Positions 1-8,205 of a DNA stretch of 13,178 nucleotides are shown here, in pieces; position 1 is the stretch's first letter; each line of letters begins with the position of its first letter. Source of the DNA: Azolla caroliniana (lineage: Eukaryota > Plantae > Polypodiophyta); assembly GCA_043228905.1 (NCBI GenBank), contig JBHGNT010000986.1, positions 1-13,178 on the forward strand, written 5' to 3'. The position numbers and the translations under genes were made by a program. The notes under the pieces were generated by a model. That model had not been told where the DNA came from. It did not search any database and saw nothing but the letters and a program-made list of their open reading frames with translations.

Positions 1-833
1 ACCATATGCAAAGCAAGAAAACATTGGCATCGGTGTAGGTGCCGAGCTCAACGGTGTCATGAAGCAAAGGCTTCACAATATCAAAAAAATGGGAAAATTC
101 TAAAATGATATCGTCCTGCCAACAGTGTGTAGGATTTTACGGTTCGTGAATTAGACACCAAAATCCCAAGATACAACCTCCGGAAGGATAGTGTTAGGTT
201 CAAGATTGTTAGGAATAAAAAAGTAATTATATAAGAGGGGGGAGGGAGGTTGAGTTAAAATAAGATCAATTCTATATTTTTTGAAAAAGTGTAATTTTAC
301 AATTTAAATTTATTATTAAAAGCCCCTCTCCCATGGTGGGACAAGGCATGGAAAGTGAGTGAAGGAGGAGGAGCTCGCAAGGGTGAAGAAGGTGTGGTGT
401 CAAAGATGCCGTTGAAGAAGGTGGTTTGTGCAGGAGATGTATAGTGTGCGCCAAAAAATACAAAAATCAAGGAAAATAAAATAAGGCAATTTTGTTTTAA
501 GAGTTTGAATTTTACCAAAGCACTTCGTTTTGTAAAGTAATGAATAGAAAGGAAAAGGAAAGGAAAACAAATAGAGGAAGAGAAATACTTATCATTAAAG
601 TCTGTCCTCCCAAAGAAAGGAATCATGTTTGAATCTTGCCAAAGTAGCTTTTCGCAAACAAATCTTGTAAGTGTTTTTGAATCAATTAAAATTTTCTTCT
701 CCCGAAAGCTTCACATTTGTTTCATCTTCTTACCATCGCACCATCTACAATTACGCCATGTCATATCGAACATCCGCGAATCACAAAACATTGATGGTTG
801 TGACACACGATTGCGATCATTACGACAACAAAA

Positions 834-1540
834 TGTTAGAAACAAGGGGAATAGTGCACAACTCCTTTCAAAGCCTAGGACAAAGGGCCAACCCTCATTG
901 TAAGAAGCTATAAAAGCCACTTTTGGTGACTTTTTTAGCTCTTCTTTTTCTCTTGAGTTTTATATCTTCATATACCTTAAGCTTCATCACTCTCTTCCTT
1001 CTTCCTTAATCTTTCACTTAAGTGAATTGAGTGATTAAGAATAATCACTATTTAGCTATACCTTAATCACTTTATTGTTACTAGCATAATTGTAACCATA
1101 GTTATGGGCTAATTTGTACGGATGAAGGGTAAGGATTGAGTTATCTCAACCCTATGGTGGGAGATAACTTTTGAGTGTTTCATCACCTAGTTACTTTTTA
1201 TAATAATAAAAACAACCAATGGGAAACACACACAATGGCCTAGGGTTTGAGCCTATATAAGAAAGCTCACTACCTTCATGAAGGGGAATCTTTTTTTTAT
1301 TTTATGTTATGACTCATGAGATAGAAACTTTGACAGTGTGGCAAACCTGTAGCTTCATACGTGTGTGCCTCCTCCTTCGTCAAACCCAATGTATGATCCA
1401 TGTTTGTACATTGTGGTATGGGACACCAACGAGGGACTTGGATCTGTCTCTCACCTTCCCTAACGGGTGGTCGGGTGGATTGTCGCCCTTTTTCTTATTT
1501 TCCTCTTAAATTTTGCTTTAAGTTAATTAAGATTCTAATA
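834..1540 (+). mobile_element. Putative 5' LTR of a Ty3/Gypsy retrotransposon
   Basis: Begins TGTTAGAA (834) and ends TTCTAATA (1540), a terminal inverted repeat with one mismatch consistent with CA decaying to TA. It contains TATA-like boxes (CTATAAAAG ~908, CCTATATAAG ~1253) and is followed 2 nt later by a PBS-like sequence. Confidence 0.6.
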
Positions 1541-1542
1541 GT

Positions 1543-1553
1543 TGGTATCCGAG
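1543..1553 (+). other. Primer-binding site, initiator tRNA-Met type
   Basis: TGGTATCCGAG matches the canonical plant PBS TGGTATCAGAG(C) at 10/11 and lies directly after the putative LTR end. Confidence 0.65.
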
Positions 1554-2420
1554 AAAAATTTACGTTTTCTTGTGTTGGTTCATTTTTTTATGTTTTCCTT
1601 GATCCTAGAGCAATTAACAAGAGCTTGTAGTTAAGGAGATTGTAGTTACTTACCAAATAGCAAGAACTATTGCCTAATAAGAATAATAATGCACAAGTTG
1701 AGGGAGAGGTATGCGCCATTTTGCAACAAATATTAACCCTTAAAGTAAACTACATATATGAGATATATGTAAGATGGTAGGTTTCCCAGAGTGAAAATCA
1801 AACGTTCTCGACCATATACGGAGCAAATAAGTCGACCTAAGTGTCAATGAACTCTTGAGGTCAAACCCAACCTCTCGACATGATGTGTTGAGGAGGATAA
1901 TGGATGAACTAAATGCGAGATATAGATAAATTAAAATGACCACAACTTAGATTAGTAAAACTTTTGATGAGACTTTTGAGACAATAACATTAATAGATGC
2001 TTTTGGTCCCCACTTTGAAATTGATGACACTAGCATGAGTCTCCAAGTAATAGTTAACAAGATCACCATACTAGTCCTAATGAACAAGGTTTGGACTAAG
2101 TATCGTAAGCTACAAATCTTAGCAAAAGTAAAAATGATCACTTTATACAAGAAGTTAAGGATGATATATGGCTTTACACAAAAGCAGCAGGGTATAATAG
2201 TGAGCCACACATTTTAGGTGTATGGATCAAGTCCTATCTCATATTTATTATTGTTTGTTAGGGTGACCTTTCTTGAAGGTGAGTTGATTACTAATGGTTT
2301 ACAAGCACAAAAGTAGTACAACCTATTGAGTATGAGGCTACACCCAAAAGATCCGTGAACAATAAGTGAACCCATTTTATGGATGATTAGCAACTTATCA
2401 TATACTTTTCTGCAAGGTTG

Positions 2421-3640
2421 TTACCTTGTGATCTCAAAGGGAATTGGAAAATTGACTATAATATAGAGTTATGGTCAAAACATAATAATAAAAAGTTTTG
2501 ATATGATTTGGATTCCCTTGTTAGCAAATCCATTGGCACCAAATGTTGTGATGCCGATGAAGTGATGGTTTCATGTTTCAATTCTATTGCACAAAGATGT
2601 AAGCAATCTCAAGCTAGACTAAATGCATCCCATTACCCAAAAAAAGTTGTTACGAGGACAATGTGGTGGTGCATGTTTCACTTCTAGTGTGCAATGTGTG
2701 AGCATCTCAAGGTAGATCCATTAGAAATAGATTTGGTGCTCCCAATCCATTTGGGTAAATTAGGACTACTTAACTTTATCATAACAATGGAATGTTGGGT
2801 GTATATTAATCCCTAATTGAGTTTATCACTAGGTATATAAGGTGAATACACTAATGTGACAATAGAACTAACACCTAAGAAAATAAGGACCTAATTTTTA
2901 CGAATAATTAATTAAGAACCTAATGTGACAATAGAACTAACGTGAATACACTAATGTGGTAAATTAATTAAGAAAATAAGGACCTAATTTTTACGAATAA
3001 TTTCAAATTATGCAAGTCAAGAGCTCAATCACCTTCAAACTACTAGGAAAATACAAGGTTTGGGACAAGCCTTTCGAAGGTTCATCTCGAGTAAAGAAAG
3101 TCTTAGTGATGATGAAATAAGTAATTAGTTTTCATCGTCATAAACTTATGTCTACAAGAGGAAGCTGAATTAGTAGCCCTCCTCAAAGAGTGTAAAACAC
3201 AATGTTCACATGGAGCTTTGAGGATATGAAAGGGGATAACCACATGAAGTAGTCATGGATATATTATCCCTATGCGACATAATGTAATTATGGCTTGATA
3301 TGATGACAAACATGGAATCACTCTTGACAAAACTAAGGTCAAAATCTTCTAGAGATGTCTCCACCTTCTAATATAATGCAACTTTGGGTGACAAGGGTAC
3401 TACAAAAGGCTTTGAGAACATGAGACTTACGTGCTAGGTATTTCATCTAATCAATGGGTGTGTAGCTAGGAGATCAACATTGAAGTCACATTATTGGGAT
3501 AAAGAGTTCCATGTCCACACAAACGCCTTTATGTTTGTGGACGACGTTCTAGCCCAACCAAGGGAGGAAAAATAGACTTTGCTACAACTTTTTCTAACTG
3601 TCAACTCAAACAAGTGGAACATAATTATTTGACAATAAAG
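2421..3640 (+). pseudogene. Degenerate Ty3/Gypsy pol remnant (RT and RNase H)
   Basis: Colinear decayed motifs: LPCDLKGNWKIDYNIEL (2421; cf. LPPxRxIDHxIEL), WIPLLANPLAPNVVMPMK (cf. WIxPSxSPxxxPVxxVxK), QGLGQAFRRFI (~3054-3086; cf. FLGxxxYYRRFI), WDKEFHVHTNA...VLAQP (3495-3560; cf. WxKEFHVHxDASxxAxGxVLAQ) and, after a frameshift, FSNCQLKQVEHNYLT (cf. FxSRQLxxAExNY). Many stops and frameshifts; no integrase or 3' LTR seen. Confidence 0.75.
2842..3002. repeat. Patchwork of short exact direct duplications
   Basis: GTGAATACACTAATGTG at 2842 and 2942; CTAATGTGACAATAGAACTAAC at 2851 and 2920; 34-mer TAAGAAAATAAGGACCTAATTTTTACGAATAATT at 2876 and 2969. Confidence 0.9.
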
Positions 3641-3786
3641 AATTATAAGGTGTGTTCCACAAGTATTGTGCGTCGTTTCCGTGTGCTTCACGGTTACACA
3701 TTTATGGATTGATGGAATTTTGCCTCATGTCAACATCGTTAGCCTATGATCTGGACCGACATATTCCCTTTTGGTGGCGAACTAGG

Positions 3787-3811
3787 CCAAGGTGGTTGTC
3801 AACCACCTTGG
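3787..3811. repeat. Perfect 12 bp inverted repeat with 1 nt spacer
   Basis: CCAAGGTGGTTG-T-CAACCACCTTGG. Confidence 0.9.
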
Positions 3812-3850
3812 AGCTACTAATTAGCGTAGCTGTGATTGTTACTACTTAAG

Positions 3851-3869
3851 CTCTCTCTCTCTCTCTCTC
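3851..3869. repeat. (CT)n microsatellite
   Basis: (CT)9C read directly. Confidence 0.95.
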
Positions 3870-3870
3870 A

Positions 3871-3967
3871 ACAACGGAATGGGCTCTAGCATTTATCAAT
3901 GTGTACGGTTTCCTCGTTTCGCAAAGAAACCGTACACATCGATACATGCTAGAGCCCATTCTATTGT
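3871..3967. repeat. 42 bp inverted repeat with 13 nt loop (long hairpin)
   Basis: Arms 3871-3912 and 3926-3967 are reverse complements at 38 of 42 positions. Confidence 0.93.
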
Positions 3968-4373
3968 CTTCCATTCGAACCATTGTTTCCATGTGACTTA
4001 CCTCACATGCATTGCGATGTGAGACGGGGCGTTGGGGCACAAGTGATGAGAGTGGTCGACTATGCACACATTGCCCTAAACAAGTTCGAGAGTCCGCGGT
4101 ATCACACTTCGTACAATGCTCTGCCTCTTATCAGATTCGGCCATGCTTTCCACACATCTTCAACCAAAAGCCCAATCCTCGCACGAATTTCTCTCACAAC
4201 CACAACGTGCACCTCTCGATTGCAACATTCATTGGTAAAGTTTTGGAACATCAAGAGTCGCTACTCACTTTCACACACATCACGTGAAATGTAAATATTT
4301 TTGGTCTCATGGGTCATATTTGAACTCCAAAGACGATAATATAATCTATCTATTTATGTATGTATGTATGTAT
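3913..4373 (+). mobile_element. 5'-truncated non-LTR retrotransposon (LINE, RTEX/L2-like) 3' end: ORF2 C-terminus, short 3' UTR and microsatellite tail
   Basis: The frame of ORF 4012..4287 reads RTIVSM*LTSHALRCETGRWGTSDESGRLCTHCPKQVRESAVSHFVQCSASYQIR. This matches the LINE ORF2 C-terminal pattern RxxSHxLxxETGR...RxCxxC...E..H...C..Y..R. The stop TGA at 3994 is a plausible CpG decay of CGA (Arg). It is followed by AATATAA and a (TCTA)/(TATG)n tail at 4345-4373. Confidence 0.75.
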
Positions 4374-4374
4374 C

Positions 4375-4667
4375 CATAGTACGTAAAATTCATGTTCGTC
4401 TAGCATAACGTTCGTTTTCATACGTTGGAAAACGAATGCGAATGTTATTCAAACACTCTTGCGACTTTATTTTTTGTTTTTTTCCACTTTTTTTAGTTTA
4501 TTTTTTAAAAAACTTTTTTTTTTCCCCCTTTTTTTAGGTTTATTTACCTCATAATAAATAGTTAATCCAAGAGTATGGTATTTACCCATTCTTCAAAAAA
4601 GGGGTGTTTACCATACTCGAGAATGCGAATGCACGCATGGTACGTATGGTTCAAACTTCATACTATG
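4375..4667. mobile_element. Putative MITE (non-autonomous DNA transposon, possibly hAT-like)
   Basis: Imperfect TIRs CATAGTACG...CATACTATG; 293 bp, non-coding, T-rich core; GAATGCGAATG occurs in both halves; the ATGTATGTATC microsatellite lies on both flanks. Confidence 0.55.
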
Positions 4668-4759
4668 AATGTATGTATCTATCGAAGGGTCGAAGGGTAC
4701 CATTTACACCAGAAAGTCTTGAGTTGTGAGGTTTTGAAGTGTTATGAAGTGGGGGGTAT

Positions 4760-4850
4760 ACGTGTATAATTTTGTAAAAGCTTCTTCAGAGGGAGGGAGG
4801 GGTATAACCTACAAATAGTTTTCTGCACTGCACTGCACTGGAACCTGCAG
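4760..4850 (+). promoter_or_regulatory. Possible core promoter / TSS region of the YLPM1-like gene
   Basis: TATA-like GTATAAT at ~4764, then a switch to CpG-retaining, CT/GA-rich 5'UTR-like sequence from ~4820. Compositional inference only. Confidence 0.3.
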
Positions 4851-5279
4851 AGCTATGGCGACGACGATTTCCTGCTCCTGCTCCTGCCATCGCAGATATT
4901 AGGGCTACAGACTTCTTCTCCGTTCCTTTCTTCCTTTTTCATCCCCTCCTCGCTCTTCTGAAGATTCGGCCAAACGGAAGCCCGGAAGAGATCCGAAGGA
5001 AACCACAGAGATCTCGTGGAAGAATCGCCAGACGAATTCCTCGTTCGTAGGGCTTCCAGGAAGGCAAAACCTCCTCCTTTCTGAAGAGTACCAGAATCAG
5101 ATGGAGAGCTGTCGACACGAGAAGATAAGCGAGGGCAAATCTTCATCTTTGCCTTTCACGGCGAGATAGAGATATGGAGACGTAAGCAAGGAGATATTTG
5201 CGATTACGCGAAGGTATGAATTTTGCCTTTTTTCCGCTCCCTTATTCATCTATGGAGGATTCAATGAGAGGAAGAGATA

Positions 5280-5660
5280 AAGAGATTTTCTGAAGAAAAT
5301 CTGCAGAGGTTATTGCGATATTAGGTAAGTGAGATTCTACCTTCTTCTTCTAAAGAGGTATCAAAAATCAGAAAGAACCAGAGATAGATAGAGAGTGACA
5401 AAAAGAATAAAACTGAATTTTTCTGAAAGAATGCATGTTTTTGCTATTCCAAGAATGTGAGGCTTCGATTTTTCTTCTTCGTATCCTTAAAAAGGATTAG
5501 AATCAGAAAGAACACAAAGATTTCAAAAGAAAAAGAGAAACGGGGATTTGGCAAAGATAGCAAAGATCTTTTCAAGTACAATAAGATAAAACTTCGCTCA
5601 TTCTTCTTCTTCTTCTTCTAGAGAGGGGAGAGAATCAGAAAGAGACGATACTGCTGATAC
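5280..5660. repeat. Degenerate ~133 bp tandem repeat, about 3 copies
   Basis: AATCAGAAAGA at 5366, 5501 and 5633 (spacing 135 and 132), each preceded by a (CTT)n run. Confidence 0.6.
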
Positions 5661-5952
5661 ACTCAGAGAGAAAAGAAAGAAGTTATATTGGATAGAACTG
5701 ATATACGCAGAGATAGAGAATCGATGGTGCTCTATAATGCACAACAGCACTCTTTAGTAAGAAAGAGAGATGCAGAGGCAAAATGGATGCTTTCAGGATT
5801 CCTATGCTGCTTTGTGAGATAAAATATCTAGTATCTGTTAGAGAAATAGAGTACCCAGTATCTGTTGAGAAGGAGTATATGTTATCAAGCAGAGAAACAA
5901 AAAGGGCATCTATAGTCTTGTATAATACAATACAATACATTTGAGAGAGACA

Positions 5953-8205
5953 ATGGAAGGTTTCAGGCCTCTTATGCTACCTGGCCATATACACACTGGA
6001 CAGCTATGTCCGGTGTGTATGGCTCCTCATTTTCCCTTCTGTTCTCCACCTCCACCTCCACACCCCCATCATCATTTTGTTGCAAATCACCATATACAAC
6101 ATTTCCATCAAAGACCAACATTTATTCAAGGTGACCATATGTTTACAGAACCTCGATTCAGACCTCCCCCTATTGCTACTGAAGCTCCCATGGTTCCTCA
6201 ACGTCCTTATTATCCACAAGGGTTTCCGTCACATGTTGTTGAAGAACATCATCATCGACCTCATCTTCCTCCTCCACTGCAAGATCATAATCAGTTTCAA
6301 CCAGGAGGAGATCTAAGGTTTAATACAATGACGATGCCTCAGCAAGGAGTTAACAATCGGATGGTGAATTCAGAGAGGAATATGGCATCTTTTCAACAAC
6401 AGAGAATACAAACCGGGAAGGATGATAGATTATTAGTTCAAGATTCAGTACCTCATGCATTTCTTCAAAGGAACAATTGCTTTAATGGTGAACCTGATTC
6501 AACAAATAAAGCCGAAGCAACTATGAGGAATCAGTATTTACCTGGACGAGTAGCTGGAAACTATTCTGAATGGTCTCACAGAAGACAAGCTTTTCCATCA
6601 GAAGCATCACAGGCTATGGAAGTTTCACAGAATATGCATATGGAAGCGAACATACATTCTAGCTCTGTCCATTGTGTTGCAGGTGCTCCTAAGAACCAAG
6701 GTTTACTAGAAGGACAATCTGACATACAGTTTAACAACTCTGACAAGGAAGGATTTTACACACAGAAAGATGGTGAAATTCAGAAACATGGATTGAAGAG
6801 GAAGCAGCCAATGTCAAGAGAGGAAGAGTTGTTAATAGAGAAGGGATTATTAGATGATGAACAGAATCCTACAGCTCAGAAATTCTCTCATCAGACTGAA
6901 TTACTTACGCAAAAGAATAGAAGTGTAGGAGGGATCAATGAATCAAAAATTCCCATTAGTCCGGAGAAAATGATGTCTAGCTGGCCCAGTGAAAACTTTT
7001 CTGGTAGAGGATGGCAAATGTTTGCCTCTCAACAGGTATCACAAACTGGTAATAGAAGCTTTAGACCAGAGTTTCAAGAAGGAAGGCAAGATAATGATAT
7101 ACTGTTACAACGGCAGAATAAAGAAATTTTGTTACAAAGGCAGTACGAAGAGTGGGAAGCGGAAGAGAAACGCATGGAAGCTCTGAAGAAAGCTGAAATC
7201 CTTGCAAAAGAAATTCAACAACGGGAAGAAAGCTCTCGGAACATGGGAAATTTGCAGTCAAGTCAGTTATCCGATTCTAATATGGAACAGCTTTTGATAG
7301 TTAAAAGGAATCAAGACAATATGAGTTCTGAGGATACTTATTCACGGTTCAAGACAACAATGAATGAACATAATTTGCCTCAAAACACCAGCATTTCATC
7401 ATATTCTTCTCAAATGTCTCATCAACCCCAGCAATCAAACTATTACTCCGATTTGCAATTGAGTAATCATGATCATGAACTCCACCAAAGATCCATTCAA
7501 CATGGAATGCAAGGGGAACAGTTTGATCATCAAAGACAAAATATTCCTCAAAAACCATATTTTCCTGAACAATCTTTTTCTATCTCTTTGCAAGGACAAA
7601 CAAGGGAAGGTTCTGTGCAACAACGAAGGGATTCTCCAAATCCTATTCAATCATATGAAGATTACTGGCATCAGAATGGTCCAGGACACCGGAAAAATGA
7701 AAATGCAACAAATATTGCACAGGAAGTAGGACAATGGCATGAAACAAACTACCAGCTACTTCAGTCATATGAACAGAAAACACATCAATACAAGCAATCT
7801 ATAGATTCAAAGAATACACAATCTCTTGTAAATGCTTCAGCCCATCGGGGTAATCTAGCTGAAAATGTCCATCAAGTAAGATTAGCTGAAAATGCTCACC
7901 TATCAGGACATTATCCAACAGGATCTACTATAGGTCATGGTGGTATTCCTCCACTTCCTCCTGTTTCGATTGATCCTCCTCCACCATGTTCACCACCTCC
8001 TCCATTACCTCCCTCGGATTATCCTACTGAAAATATGCCACCACTACCTTCATCACCAATTTCTTCAACATTATTGGCAACAAGCCATTTTACTATGCAT
8101 GGTTCTTCAGGCAATCAACAACATTATCAATTCCAACAAGACCAGAATCTACTCTCTAGAAATCAAGGTTATGGCTCACAAGAACTAGGTCATCCCCAGC
8201 ATATG
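5953..8205 (+). CDS. YLPM1: YLPM1-like coding exon 1 (751 aa; CPVCMAPHFPFC motif, Pro/His/Gln-rich disordered region, short coiled-coil)
   Basis: Long ORF 5941..8217; first ATG at 5953 in strong context; donor ATG|GTGAGT at 8205/8206, phase 0. Confidence 0.9.

Noticed and set aside
1-833. Short ORFs and a purine tract (233-249) suggesting another retroelement
   Set aside because: No protein motif or consistent LTR/PPT geometry could be established. It is probably TE-derived but I cannot support a call.
2842-3002. CRISPR-like repeat-spacer array
   Set aside because: Each block occurs only twice, in permuted order, with no regular spacers or cas genes, and the context is eukaryotic.
3871-3967. 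Calling the hairpin a known conserved MIRNA gene or a terminator
   Set aside because: I recognise no known miRNA sequence in either arm, one arm is LINE coding sequence, and rho-independent terminators do not apply to a plant nuclear locus.
4853-5146. 97 aa minus-strand ORF as a divergent gene
   Set aside because: No recognisable motif or further exons; it is explained as the antisense reading of a CT/GA-rich leader.
5830-5877. Short direct repeat AGTATCTGTT(A)GAGAA x2; also (CTGCA)3 at 4823-4840
   Set aside because: Real but trivial slippage duplications with no evidence of function.
6004-8188. Several short overlapping ORFs on both strands within exon 1
   Set aside because: Shadow ORFs of the main coding frame with no independent signals.
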